Below are positions 13,954 through 28,012 of a stretch of DNA of 64,000 bases, piece by piece. A program made the position numbers and the translations under genes. How positions within the stretch are numbered: the first letter of the stretch is position 1; each line of letters starts with the position of its first letter. The DNA comes from Octopus vulgaris (taxonomy: Eukaryota). The notes under the pieces are model-generated. The model was not told where the DNA came from. It searched no databases and saw only the letters and a program-made list of their open reading frames with translations. The stretch is taken from positions 59,706,001 through 59,770,000 of the forward strand of contig OX597827.1 in the NCBI GenBank assembly GCA_951406725.2. Reading direction: 5' to 3'.

Positions 13954-14546
13954 TTGTACATCTATGTACATTCATATATAGACATATACTTATACATACG
14001 CATATATTAATATATATATATATAAGTATGCATATATGTTTGGGTCTGTTTGCGTATGTGTGCATAACTATACATACACACATATCTATATATCTATATC
14101 CGTGTGTTTGTGTGTATGTATGTATGTATGTATACACACACATCCATATATATATATATTTACATGTATATGTTATATATGTACATATACATATATATAT
14201 ATGGATGTATATGTGCCACTATACATACATATACGCACACATATAGTACACTTGTTTATGTGTCAGTACGCGTGTGTATAGTTGTTTAAGCGTTTGTGTA
14301 TATGTTCTTCTGTTTGCGTGTTCCCGCGTGTGTGTGTGCGTGTACATGTATATATACACATAAACATACACATTCACATATATACATACATACATATATA
14401 CATACATACATACATACATACATAAACACACACACACATATAAGAGAATTTTTCTGAATCTTCAGATTTTTCTATGTGCTTGACCACTGGTTTGAAATTG
14501 ATATTAATCAAATCAATATTCAATTTTTCACTCTTATTTATTTAAA

Positions 14547-14606
<60 letters not shown>

Positions 14607-14644
14607 CATGCATATATATATATATATATATATTGCCATGATAG

Positions 14645-14805
14645 ATTGCTAGCCACTACACATTATTTTCTCTTCTTGTTTCTTTCTTTGTTCCTTTCTG
14701 TGGAAAAGCGTAGGCTCGAAACGTTAAAGACTGTTATACTAATACATCTGTTTGTTGTCTACACCGCCTGTCTTCGTCTTTTGTTTTTTTGTGAACTCTC
14801 CCTAC
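14645..14805 (+). mobile_element. Penelope-like pLTR fragment in (TA)n, with a hammerhead-like motif at 14694-14729
   Basis: Homologous to 58610-58760 (opposite strand). CTTT-CTGTGGA-A-AAGC gtag GCTC-GAAA-CGTT-AAAG. Confidence 0.65.
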
Positions 14806-15249
14806 ATATACACATACACACACACGACAGGTTTCGATGCGCTTCCGTCCATAAGACATTGGTCAGACCGGGAAAATAGTAGAAGATTGTTGCTCAGGGT
14901 TCCACGCAGTGGGCCTGAATCCGAAATTGAAGTGGTTGCAAAGGGTGTTTCTTGACAACACAGGCAAAATAATAAAAACTTGTTCGTTATTGTTTCTGTG
15001 AGAGAACGAGTGAGAAAGAGAGAGAGGGGGGAAGAGAGAGATAAGCTGAAGTAACAAAAAACTGAGAGGAGATGGGATAAACAATACACGAAAAAAAAAA
15101 AAAACCTAAAATCTAAGCTGAAAATGGGCCAACGGAATGCCATGCTATATCGATGGCAGATAACCCCTACACGATTAAAAGCCGAGGAAACTGAACAGAG
15201 GGTAATTATATAAAGAAAAAATATTTTCCCCACTTGTTGAGAAGTGAAG

Positions 15250-15740
15250 AACTTACAGCTTAACTTGGAGGATTTTTCATTACGGCCCCAGATCAAAGCT
15301 CCCGTACCAAAAACTACCGAGGGTATTTGACGGAGCAGAAAGTGTAGGATATGCGGGAAAGGAGAACTGATCCGTTACATTGTCTCCGGTTGCTTTGCTA
15401 CGGTTAAGGAACAATACATTCATAAGCATGAATGAGTTGGAGGTACCTTTATAGTCTAGAAATCATGTTAGCATTATGAGATCCGAACAAATAGAGATTG
15501 TGTAATCATATTCCAGACAAGATCTGGTAGAACGCCAAGGTAACTATATTCTGTGAATGTAGACTGGCATATATATCATGGTAAATCGATCAAATATTGT
15601 TCTTTTCAAAATGTACATGGAGAGGAATTGCTACCTGGAGGATGTACCATACTGAACTGACGATAATGTAACTCAAAAAGATTTGGAGAAATGATCTAAA
15701 TATAAAGATCTGAAAATAGAGATAATCAGAAACAAGTTTT
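15250..15740 (+). mobile_element. Fossil RLE-type non-LTR retrotransposon (R4/Dong-like), zinc knuckle + endonuclease region
   Basis: Frameshifted translation GGFFITAPDQSSRTKNY / RKCRICGKGELIRYIVSGC..KEQYIHKHE / DNVTQKDLEK*SKYKDLKIEI matches the AQDQ-RTxNY, CRxC..HIVSGC..RHD and KxxKYxDL motifs. Confidence 0.82.
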
Positions 15741-16104
15741 TAGTCGAGAGGGACAGGATGTTTATTGCGTTTTCACGAAAGAATCTGCGTGAAGACGCGA
15801 CTAAAAGACCTCAAAACTGACACTTTCCGCTCCGATCAAACTCTCTACGATTTCCTCAAGTTAGTTCACTTGGAAAGCAAGGTGAAGGGGAAGAAATGGG
15901 AACTCGGCAACTGTAAATTTTGTTTAAAAAATGAGTGACAGTAGTAAATATGGCCCGAATAAATAAACGAGCCTATGCTATCATCCGTTGACTGGAATGG
16001 TTTCCTTCGCTAAACATTAAAAACTGCTTATTCTGATCGCTTTGGAATGGAGTCTTTCAGAGAACTTAACCAACTAATAACATTAAGCAGAGGATAATGT
16101 TGTA

Positions 16105-16595
16105 CCGTAAATCCTCGAGTATAATCCGCATTTTTTCCCCAAAATTTAAAGGTCAAAATCCCCTAGTGCGTACTATATACGAGGTTAAAAATGAAAATTA
16201 TTTTCTAAGCAACGTCCGAGTCTCTATTTGCTGTCCGGCAAAGTTTATTTAGACGCTTTTTTATGATGTCGGCGCGAAAATACCTTAAATCATCCATAAC
16301 TTGCAATAAGCAACATTTATTAAACATTATTACTGTTATTACCGTTATTTCTTTCCTTTCTGCAAACAAAATGCACAAAAAAGCTAAACGTTTGCATTAT
16401 GTTATATATACAATAATAATAAAGGACGTTACCGTATACATTTTTACAAACCAAGAACGTTATATAGACCTCCTTGACTCAAATTAGAGAACGGGGTGCG
16501 TATTATACACAAAGTTTAGGTTTTTCAGAGGTACAGACCCCTAAAAATCCCCTGCATATTATACACAAGGGCGGACTATACTCGAGGATTTACGG
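16105..16595. mobile_element. Tc1/mariner-superfamily (Tc2/pogo-like) MITE, 491 bp
   Basis: 25-bp TIR ccgtaaatcctcgagtata(a/g)tccgc (24/25), TA TSD at 16103-04 and 16596-97. Subterminal repeats of the gcgtattatacacaag type. Confidence 0.92.
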
Positions 16596-17419
16596 TAATT
16601 GTTATATCATTATATTATCTTGATCACGTTTGGGGCCCACTAACCACTTATTTTAATAACAATAACCATTTAACCATAGGCGCAGGCATTTGACAATCAT
16701 TTCAAGAGCTGGAATCAACTAGGAGGCGATATTAGCTCTTGTTAGTGAAGATAATCCTGGATCTGCAGGGTTCTTTGATTAGTCTCAGAGGACTCTATCG
16801 CACATTTATATAGTATGTATATCATTTTGTCTATTTTCCTCTTCATCCAATTTTAATGTAAACCCTTCATTCACTCCGCAATATCCACATTACTCTGTAT
16901 TCGCAGCAAATAAATGCAATAATTTATCATCGTCGTTGACGTTGTCGCCATCGTCGTCGTCGTCTTAGTCATCGTCATCGTCTTCGTCATCATCCTCATT
17001 AGCATAATATATCATTATCATCATAATCATCATAATCATCATTATCACTATTTCCCCCACCACATCGTAATAGCGATAATCCTCAATAGGCCAGGCAGTC
17101 ATAATAATCGCAAATGCAAGGAGAGGCCTTGCGTTACGTAAGCACAAATAACAAACATACATAAATCACACAAACACAAACGCACACATACACACTCAAC
17201 ACATACAATGCACCATATATTACATTAAACAAACAAAAGAAAAACAAACAAGTCAGATAAGAAATCAAAACAAACATTAAGCATAACACTAAAGATAACA
17301 ACGCCATTATAAAGAAGCTAAAGAAGGTGGCTCTGTATGGTTAATGAAAATGCTAGAAACAATAACCAAACCTCTAATTGTTAAATCTTACTTTCTTAAA
17401 AAGAAAAGAGAAAAACAGG

Positions 17420-17798
17420 ACATAACAAAAACAAAAGAAATGAAGTATTGGATAATTCAGTTTGCGAAGAGACCACGGTTCCAGAACTACGAATATATGG
17501 TAAAAATTCAGCAGCAAGCGATGGTAAGAAGAATTCTTGAAGCCTGATCAACTGGCAGGAGATCTGGAGGCAAATCATGGGCGAGATTTTTGGATAATAT
17601 CAACAGTCGTAGGAGTGGCTGTGTGGTAAGTAGCTTGCTTACGAACTACATAGTTCCGGGTTCAGTTCCACATGCGTGGCACCTAGGGCACGTGTCTTCT
17701 ACTATAGCCTCGGGCCGACCAAAAACCTTGTGAGTGGATTTGGTAGACGGAAACTGAAAGAAGCCCGTCGTTTATATGTATGTATGTATGTATGTATG

Positions 17799-17858
<60 letters not shown>

Positions 17859-18200
17859 ATATATGTATATGTATGTGTGTGTGTGTATATGTTTGTGTAT
17901 CTGTGTTTGTCCCCCCAGCATCGCTTTGTTTACTCCCTGTAACTTAGCGGTTCGGCAAAAGAGACCGATAGAATAAGTACTAGGCTTACAAAAAATAAGT
18001 CTCGGGGTCGATATGCTCGACTAAAGGCGGTGCTCCAGCATGGTCACAGTCAAATGACTGAAACAAGTAAAAGAGTAATGAGATCTCAGTTGGTTACACT
18101 TAACAATCCAGTACGGTAATGGTTGCTTCTCATAGGACTAGGAGCCTATGGCGTAGGTGTTTGAGGACTCTATCCGAACGACCCTTCCTAGAAAACTTTT
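17420..18200 (+). mobile_element. RTE-like LINE 3' remnant, interrupted by SINE B
   Basis: MVRRILEA*STGRRSGGKSWARFLDNIN resembles the RTE C-terminal GxRxRGRPxxRWxD motif. Continues after 18078. Confidence 0.6.
17606..18078 (+). mobile_element. SINE family B
   Basis: Full head-to-tail match. Confidence 0.92.
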
Positions 18201-18382
18201 GGTTACAGATATGGTGCTTCACCTTTGCTACCAGTGCTAAACAACAACAATAACATACATGCATACACATGCACGCACGCAGTTACGAATATATGCGCGC
18301 GAACACACACGTGAGCGTGTTCCCACTTAACGAAATTTATTCATATGTATGTACATTATACACTCTCATGAATTCAAATATG

Positions 18383-18469
<87 letters not shown>

Positions 18470-19559
18470 GTGTGTGAATGTATGTATTCATCAATGTGTG
18501 TAGCGTAAGGGAGATACAGGAGAAAAAAGCACTAAAGTGTTAAATAATTACACACACACACACACACATATGTATATATAAGTATACACACACACATATA
18601 CATATATAGAAACTGAGAGAGAGAGAGAAACAAACAGACGGACAGACAGATAGGCAGACAGATTGACAGACAGAGAGGCAGACCTACATACATCCAAACC
18701 CAAGGAGGATTTTACTTCCAATCCTAAATGCAATTACTTTATCCCTCAAAACTCGAGATTCGTCTAATTAGTAGAAAACACTTAATCAACACGAACAGTA
18801 AGTTTCGCGAATCGACATACAATGACATGCAAACGTTATAGTTCTAATAACATTAGTAACACAAATGACTCTTTGTTTATCCAATTCGATAATGCGAAAT
18901 TTTAGCACTCATAAAATGCGTAATTTTACCTGATAAATAGTCAACTATTGACTCTATTCTGTTACATAGTAATTACAGTCTTTCAGAACCTAGTTATTGA
19001 AGTGTCGACATTTAGTGAAGACATCTGATTTAATTTACAGCTAAAATTGTTTGTAACATATAACGAGTTATGCTTCTTACAAATTCTTTCTTTCTCCAAA
19101 TGTGATACGTAAATTTAGTGTAATAAAACTTCATTACACATCACAAGTATTAACCAGTTCGGTTTGTAGTCGTCTGGTGGTTGCATGGTATAAACTTAGA
19201 AGGAAACTGATGTATGGCTCTAACGGATTATAAATTTTCTCCTTATCTCATGTATTCAGTGAATGAATGCTCCTATTTCAACCCAGAAATTTCTCTCACT
19301 CCCTCCGTCATTTTATTGTGCACGCGCACTCGCACACACACACGTACACACCCACACACTCTCATTCACTCTGTCTATACATACATACATACATACATAC
19401 ATACATACATACATACATACAAAAAATACATATGTACATACATACATTCATACACACACACATACATACGTACATGCATAAATAGAGAAATGCAAAATGT
19501 ATGCCTCTTAATTAGTCGAAGAACTCTCCCATCAAACCAAGTCCAATACTTCACAGACA

Positions 19560-19900
<341 letters not shown>

Positions 19901-20373
19901 GATAAGCAACTTAAAGCAGGCCTTTATTTGCTCTTCACTTCTTTCATTGTTTCTTTCTTTAATTCTATTTTTTCTTTCCTCCTTTTTTTCCCTCCCTCTT
20001 TTTCTTTCTGTTCTTTGTTATCAATGACTTAGCCAACCAACCAACCAACCAACCAACCATCAGCTAGCCTTGCAACACAGCAACATTTTATGCAATAAAT
20101 GTATTAAACACGCTTGAAAACACAAAACTGAATAGCACTCCACGTAAGATTCGCCGAAGGGACACACCCGTTCTAAATTTTCTGAGCAGTGACCTTTCTT
20201 CTAAGGCTCATATATTTCCGACGTATTCTTTCGACGCACTCAACATTTAACAGAATTTCCAGCATGTTAAATAGTGACTCTGTGTGTGTATCATATACAC
20301 ACACACAAATGTACATAGGTATGCACACATTCATGCATAAGTATCTATTATATATATATACATACACATACAT

Positions 20374-20412
<39 letters not shown>

Positions 20413-20817
20413 AATGTATATTTATATATTATATATCATTTATATGTGTGTATATGTATATATATGTATATGTGTATATATATACACACACACATAAATA
20501 CACAAATATATATATATATATATATTCTATATGTATGTGTATACATATATATATATATATATATATATAAATATATATGTATGCACATGTAGGTGAGTAT
20601 ATATATATATATATATATATATACGCATGTAATTAAAAGTATTTATAAGCAAGTATATAATATATAGACATGCACATATGCATACATATATATACCCATA
20701 CGTATGCACATACACACATGTTCGCGCACATGCGTACGTTTGTGTATCTATAAACTGGCTGTGTTCATATGCATGTTTATGTCCTTGTAGGCGCTTTCTA
20801 ACGATAGAATTCCTATA

Positions 20818-21277
<460 letters not shown>

Positions 21278-22092
21278 TACAATTGTAGTTCTAGTGTGAC
21301 AGAAGCGACACAGGGCCAAACTAGACTATTCCCCTCTCTAAATGTTTACTGTCGGCCCAGGAATCGAAACCTCGATCTAAGTGATCGTGAGTGAAACACC
21401 CTAACTACCAGGCCAGGCCAGGCGACCTCAGCAGATAAGTATCATTGGTGCTATAAGTACCAAATGCTTTCATGCTTCTTACACGAAACCACTACAGAAC
21501 AATGTCCATTCTAAATATCTTCTCTTTCCAAGATTAATCCTGACATTGTTATTCTTAAAGAGACGACCTTCAGATCTTGATTTCTTCTCTTTTCTTTTCA
21601 CATTTTTTTACGTCTTTCGATTCATGACAAACTATTTTTAAATACGAAATTGTCAACGTTATATCAATGAGTCTTGATGTCTTTTTTCTCTTTAGAACCA
21701 TTAATTACTCTAATTAATCTCATCAACTCTCTACAGGTTGCCAAAACAACTTCTCATAATTGTAGTTTTCCGCTCGTGTTTCAGTGATAGAAAAAATTAC
21801 GAAACAAAAAACACGTTTATTTTTATTTTTTTTTTTTTGATTTTATTTTATTCAATAGCAGCCGACTAAGTACGAACGTCGTCACACGTTTGCCATTCAC
21901 ACCAAACAGTATTGGAAATGCGGTTTTTTTTTTCTTTATTCATTCTTTTCTTCTCATGCTTGGCTGATCACAACGAGTTTTTAACCATTTTGTTGTTGTG
22001 TCCTCTCTGAGAGACCAAAGTTTCTCATACGAGAGTGGGGGGGGGACTGACGATAAAAATGATGGAAGATAAATTGGTGTTAAACATTTTAA

Positions 22093-22325
22093 CCCTTTCG
22101 CAGCAAAATTAAATTCTTCCATTAATGATGTTAAACATCTACCAAAAGAATAGAATTCGTATCGTCTGCAAGTCACGTTGCCTCAATACACTTAACAGTT
22201 GGACATAAAAAAGTTTCAAGCACGACATTCCCCCAACAAAAGATAGTTTGGTATACAAAAGTGCTTTCCATAGTTCAGCGTAATAAAATTTTGAGTGACT
22301 CTATCTGATTCCCGCAGTAAAAGGG
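22093..22325. mobile_element. piggyBac-like MITE
   Basis: TTAA|CCCTTTCGCAGC ... GCAGTAAAAGGG|TTAA. Confidence 0.72.
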
Positions 22326-22810
22326 TTAAGCTAATCTACTATTATGACGAAATAAGAGAAATTATATAGATACAAATTCTATTTAGAGGGTTTAATTTAC
22401 TTGCATTTCGTTGAGGAAATCAGTGGAATTTCTATCGGAGACCTGCTTCTTTAACCTATTTTACCGTTTCCCAACATCTCAGAATCCTTTCTACAAATGG
22501 AATGAGTAAATTATGAACACATATTCGTCGTAAAGCAGAAGCTGTTATCTTGTGACTAACACAAAAGTGATTAGCATATTCACGTTCTGTCGTAACGTAT
22601 TAAGAATAAATAAAGAAGTCATCGTTTTTATTCTCGCTGCCCACGGAGTATATGACGGATTGGATTGGATGATATTAGCAAGGACTAGCGAACACAATGT
22701 GAGCTGAAATTATAAACAAGACACCGTCTCTTGTTTGATTCATTGGTCTGATAAGACGCATGTCAGAATACCGACCGGTGTCCAGAAATCCCTAATAAAC
22801 GGAGTGTACT

Positions 22811-23435
22811 TACTTACTCGCCCTTTCCAAGCCTAGCCAGGCTCATGGGCCCGGTTTCCCGGTTTCTATGGCGTATTATGTGTCCCCCCCGCCCGCCAGC
22901 TGGACGGGACGCCGGTCCATCGCAGCGTTACTCAAGAAACAGGAAGAGAGAGTGAGAGAAAGTTGGGGCGAAAGAGTACAACAGATGTCGCCACCACCCT
23001 CTGCCGGATAATGCGCCCTTTTAAAGCTTAGCCAGGCTCATGGGCCCGGTTTCTGTGGTGTACGTGTTCCCCGTAGCTGGACGGGACGCCAGTCCTTCGC
23101 AGCTTTACTCAAGAAACAGGAAGAGAGAGTGAAAGAAAGTTGGGGCGAAAGAGTACAACAGGGGTCGCCACCACCCTCTGCCGGAAAATGCGCCCTTTTA
23201 AAGCCTAGCCAGGCTCATGGGCCCGGTTTCCCGGTTTCAATGGCCTATGTGTTCCCCAGCTGGATGGGACGCCAATCCATCGCAGCGTTACTCATTTTTG
23301 CCAGCTGAGTGGACTGGAGCAACGGGAAATAAAGTGTTTTGCTCAAGAACACAACGCGTCGCCCGGTCCAAGAATCGAAACCACAATCTTACGATCATGA
23401 TGCTGAACCCTAATCACTAAGCCACGCGCCTCCAC
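22811..23435 (-). mobile_element. Composite SINE: C monomer + two D-body/tail units, bounded by one TSD
   Basis: TSD AAA(C/T)GGAGTGTACT at 22797-22810 and 23436-23449. The shared tail (aagcctagccaggctcatgggcccggtttc...gctggacgggacgcc) occurs three times. Confidence 0.88.
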
Positions 23436-23814
23436 AAATGGAGTGTACTACGAAGACTTATTTGTTGTAAAGATGTTCTCCTGTGACGAACACAGCAACG
23501 ATTAGCATATTTGTGTTCGAGTCTGCCGGAGAGTATTAAAACTAAATTGGCAAGTCATTGTCAGATATCAAATAGCTCCCCCGAAACTTGCCGTTAACCT
23601 TACCGCTATACTCTACCTTGCTGTCAACACACAGTTTCACTTCTTCCTTGCACTCTTTCTTTCATACATTACATTCACTCTCAATCAGTTTTTCTCTCTT
23701 ACTTTTCCTCTTTCGCATTGCTACTGTTTCTCGCTTCCTCTCACTTGCCACGTCATTTGACGCTAGTTGCATCAGATCACGATCAGACATCAACATCCGC
23801 ACGACACTTATAAT

Positions 23815-24032
23815 AATGGTTCCAGACCTTTTCGAACAAGGCCAGCAGTTTCAGGAGTAGGGGGTAAGTCGAGATTATTTCGACACCAGTTTTCAACTGG
23901 TACTTATTTTATCGCCCCCGAAAGGTTGAAAGGCAAAGTCATTTTCGGCAGTATTTGAGCTCAGAACGTAAAAACGGACGAAATCCCGCTAAGCATTTTT
24001 CCTGGCGCGATAATTATCAACCAGCTCACCGC

Positions 24033-24077
<45 letters not shown>

Positions 24078-24292
24078 CTTTTCTGCTATAGACACAAGGC
24101 GCCTGAAATTCTTGGGACGAGGGAGCAGTCGATTAGATCGGCCCCAGTACGCAATTGGTACTTATTTTATCAATCCGGAAAGGATGAAAGGCAAAGTCGA
24201 CCTCGCCGGAATTTGAACTCAGAACGTAGATTCAGCCGAAATACCGCTTAGCATTTCATCCAGCGTGCTAACGATTCAGCCAGCTCACCGCC
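23815..24292 (-). mobile_element. Two tandem SINE A copies separated and flanked by (AAT)n
   Basis: Copies at about 23815-24032 and 24078-24292. Confidence 0.88.
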
Positions 24293-24293
24293 T

Positions 24294-24374
<81 letters not shown>

Positions 24375-24698
24375 TGCATAGATATGTCCGTGTATGTGAG
24401 CGAGAGTGTAAGCGTGCAAGATAGTCTACGCATGTAAGTACAAGCCGAAGGTCGAGAGATGAGCGAAAGGAATTCTGTATGAATATGAAAAGCAAGATTC
24501 CTTTATTAGATTTACTGATTTCGGCAGTGTGTTACCATAGTAATTGATTCTGATGTGTCTTATCTTATCAGAGATCTAGTCTTCACTCTCTCCCTCTCCC
24601 CCCTCTCTCTCTCTATCTATCTATCTCTGTCTCACCCTCTCTCTCTTTCTCTCTCTCACACACAGAAGCACGCACTGCTCCTTTGTGTGCGTGTGTAT

Positions 24699-24772
<74 letters not shown>

Positions 24773-24827
24773 ATATATGATTTATGGAAAAGCGCGTAGC
24801 ATTAAAGTATTTATAAATTGCGTCCAT

Positions 24828-24870
<43 letters not shown>

Positions 24871-24872
24871 TA

Positions 24873-24910
<38 letters not shown>

Positions 24911-24924
24911 CATATATATCTGCA

Positions 24925-25185
24925 CCCATTCTGGAGCACTGCCTTTAGTCGAACAAATCGACACCAGGACTTAATCTTTGTATGCCTAGTACTTATTCTA
25001 TTGTTGTATTTTGCTGAACCGCTAAGTAACGGGGACGTAAACGCACCAGCATCGGTTGTCAAGCGATGTTGACAACCGATATATATTTATGTATATACAT
25101 ACGACAAACTTCTTTCACTTTCTGTATACCAAATCCACTCGCAAGGCTTTGGTCAGCCCGCAGCTATAGTAGGAGACACTTACCA
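24925..25185 (-). mobile_element. SINE family B, partial
   Basis: Homology to the B consensus. Confidence 0.82.
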
Positions 25186-25199
25186 TATACTGTGCTGTA

Positions 25200-25700
25200 A
25201 TAAATATAGAGAATCTTCCTGTTATTGAATAGATACACAAATATTAGGACAAGAAATACTGGTGGAACATTCCCATCAAAACATCTGTCATGTGTAAACA
25301 TAGCAAGCCGGATATTGTTTAGGACAGACGAGCAAAAGTATGTACCGTCATAGAGGTCAGCTGCCATACTGGTGTGAATATTTCTTTGAAAGTCAAAGAG
25401 AAAAAGGATAACTATGGAGAACTGCTTCGAAACCTTCAGCTTCTGCATTCAGATTATAAATTTACATTTATACCAATAATCATTGGTGCACTTGGTTTTT
25501 TTTTTTTTTTTTTTGAATGGTGAACTAGTTAAGCTAGGGTTTTCAGGAAGAGAAATCAACCAAATCGTACTTTCCCAATACAGTCAGTAAATGGAAGAGT
25601 TAAAATATGCAAGACTTTATTCAATATTTTGAAATGTGACGTTGTTTTTGTAATCGATATTCCAACGATGGAGCTTTGTATCTTTGGTTGAAACCAGCTT
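25200..25700 (+). mobile_element. Fossil RLE non-LTR retrotransposon, PD-(D/E)xK endonuclease domain
   Basis: YWWNIPIKTSVMCKHSKPDIV*DRRAKVCTVIEVSCHTGVNISLKVKEKKDNYGELLRNLQLLHSDYKFTFIPIIIGALG contains the (R/K)PD, E, KxxxY and PIxIGALG motifs. Confidence 0.85.
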
Positions 25701-25935
25701 CTTCCTCGGAGGAAGAATTTATATTATTAAAAAATAGAGGACAACATACGTATCATTCTGCATATCCATACGTATGTATGTATGTATGTATGTATGTATG
25801 TATGTATGTATGTATGTGTGTGTGTGGGTGTATATATATATATATATATCCAGACATCTATCTACCATCTATCTATTTATCTTTCTTTCTTTATATTTAT
25901 ATAAATATATCTATATATATATGTGTATACGTGTG

Positions 25936-25976
<41 letters not shown>

Positions 25977-26863
25977 CATACACACATCTATCTCTCTATT
26001 TATCTTTCTTTCTATACGTTTATATAAATATATCTATATGTATATATGTCTATATATATATATATATATATGATTATACATACACACACATATACATATT
26101 CTGTATATTAATACCTATATATACATATACTCACACATGTATAAATATAAAATATACCATATATTTGTGTGCATATACAAACACAAATACGCATATATAT
26201 TTACATACGTACATACATACCTACATACATACATACATACATACCTACCTACATACATACATACATACATACATACATACATACATACATACATACATAC
26301 ATACATACATACATCAGATGTACTTAGATGATATACACAGAAGTAGCATGCATGAAATACATATAGTTTATCTTCTCATCCATTCATAGGATCCACACGA
26401 ACGTTGACTAAATGTTTTTACATTTGTAAGAGTATTAAGGGGAGATATAGAGATACAGAGATAACAGAACATGAGGGTCAGAAACCATGCAGACTCAGCT
26501 CAGGATGATGGAGTATAATTTAAAGAGTTGGATAGCTGTCATATCAGAATATCTGTTATCTTTACCTGCTTTTACGCACCTCATGTCTCTTGTATCGCTT
26601 ACTTATTTACTTAGATTATAGAGAGAGACATACATAGTCTTCCAAACTCACACGGATACAGATATACATACATACATACATATATGCATGCATGCATACA
26701 TACATACGTACATACATGCGTGTGTGTCCATACGTAAATGCACAGAAACTAAAATATATCCATACGGAGACAAACAGACAGACAAATGTATGAATAAGAG
26801 GCATATGCCGAAAGTAAAAATTCAATTATTATATTTGCTTATGTATATATATATATGTATATG

Positions 26864-27015
26864 CGGAGGCACGTGGCTTAGTGGTTAGGGTGTCAGCATC
26901 ATGATCGTAAAGATTGTGGTTTCGATTCCTGGACCGGGCGACGCGTTGTGTTCTTGAGCAAAACACTTCATTTCACGTTGATCCAGTCCACTCAGTTGGC
27001 AAGAAGGAGTAACGT
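26864..27015 (+). mobile_element. SINE family C, 5' part
   Basis: TGGCTTAGTGGTTAG A box, GGTTTCGATTCC B box, tgtgttcttgagcaaaacact. Confidence 0.88.
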
Positions 27016-27019
27016 CCAG

Positions 27020-27220
27020 CTGTCTTATGTTTTCGGGATGCATGAGTGCGGCTAGTGTGAAAGGACTCACATTTATTGGGAAAACAATGGATTCGAGGTT
27101 TCATTGTGATATATTGCAGAAAACAATGTTGAAAAGCATCAAGGAACTAGGATAACATTCCATGTTCCTACATGATAATGACCCTAAATACACTTCAAAG
27201 ATGACAACTAAGTTTTTTAT
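27020..27220 (+). mobile_element. Tc1-family transposase fragment
   Basis: LMFSGCMSAASVKGLTFIGKTMDSRFHCDILQKTMLKSIKELG*HSMFLHDNDPKYTSK matches the Tc1 VMVWGC...FQQDNDPKHTS motifs. Confidence 0.85.
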
Positions 27221-27243
27221 CGGTAAAAATGTAGGTAGATAGG

Positions 27244-27318
<75 letters not shown>

Positions 27319-27336
27319 GATAGATAGATAGATAGA

Positions 27337-27670
27337 TATGTTTCTTTATTAGCCACACAGGGCTGAACACAGACGGGACAAATTACAAGGTAGAGCTTTT
27401 CTTTTTGGGGATAAAAAAATGGTTTGGTTTTCGATCAAAAGGGATCGTAAAAGGAAAGAAAGAGGAAAGCAAAAAAAGGGGGAGATAAAAAATAAAAGGA
27501 AAAAGAAAAAAATCGATCAATAGGGATCGTTATCACAGAAATGTCAATATAAAGTGTAAAGGGGAGGGCAGGTGAGGTTTACCCGTGGAAAGAAAAGCCT
27601 ACGGAAAAGACCACGGTAACCTCGGTCAATGAAGTCACATGTTTTATTTTTTACAAATAAGCAACTCTCT

Positions 27671-27671
<1 letters not shown>
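27337..27671 (-). mobile_element. 5'-truncated LINE 3' UTR inserted in (AGAT)n
   Basis: Flanked on both sides by (AGAT)n. 3' end ccttgtaatttgtcccgtctgtgttcagccctgtgtggctaataaagaaa resembles the long tail of SINE A. Confidence 0.65.
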
Positions 27672-27746
<75 letters not shown>

Positions 27747-27809
27747 ATACCCATTCCTTTTGTAGTTTTATATTGTAAGATGCTATTTAATATTTAGCCT
27801 TGTTTTCAA

Positions 27810-28012
27810 GGCGGCGAGCTGGCAGCAACGTTAGCACTCCGGGCGAAATGCTTAGCCTGTATTTCGTCGCTCTGAGTTCAAATTCAGCCGAGGTCGACTT
27901 TACCTTTCATGCTTTCGGAGTCAATGAATTATGTACCAGTTGCGTACTGGGTTCGATCTAATTGACTGCCCCCCCCCCACAAAATTTTGGGTCTTATGCC
28001 TAGAGTAGAAAA
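27810..28012 (+). mobile_element. SINE family A with TSD
   Basis: TSD taatattta(g/t)ccttgttttc at 27788-27807 and 28013-28032. Confidence 0.9.

Noticed and set aside
18920-18945. Recursive splice site on the minus strand (TTTATCAG|GTAAAA)
   Set aside because: Weak donor and short pyrimidine tract; cannot be supported without sawtooth nascent RNA data.
22811-23435. CRISPR-like repeat-spacer array
   Set aside because: The units are ~190-bp SINE pieces with no unique spacers; eukaryotic context with no cas genes.
26864-26940. tRNA genes (A and B boxes in many places)
   Set aside because: They are SINE heads that continue into SINE bodies; no complete cloverleaf or T-run terminator seen.
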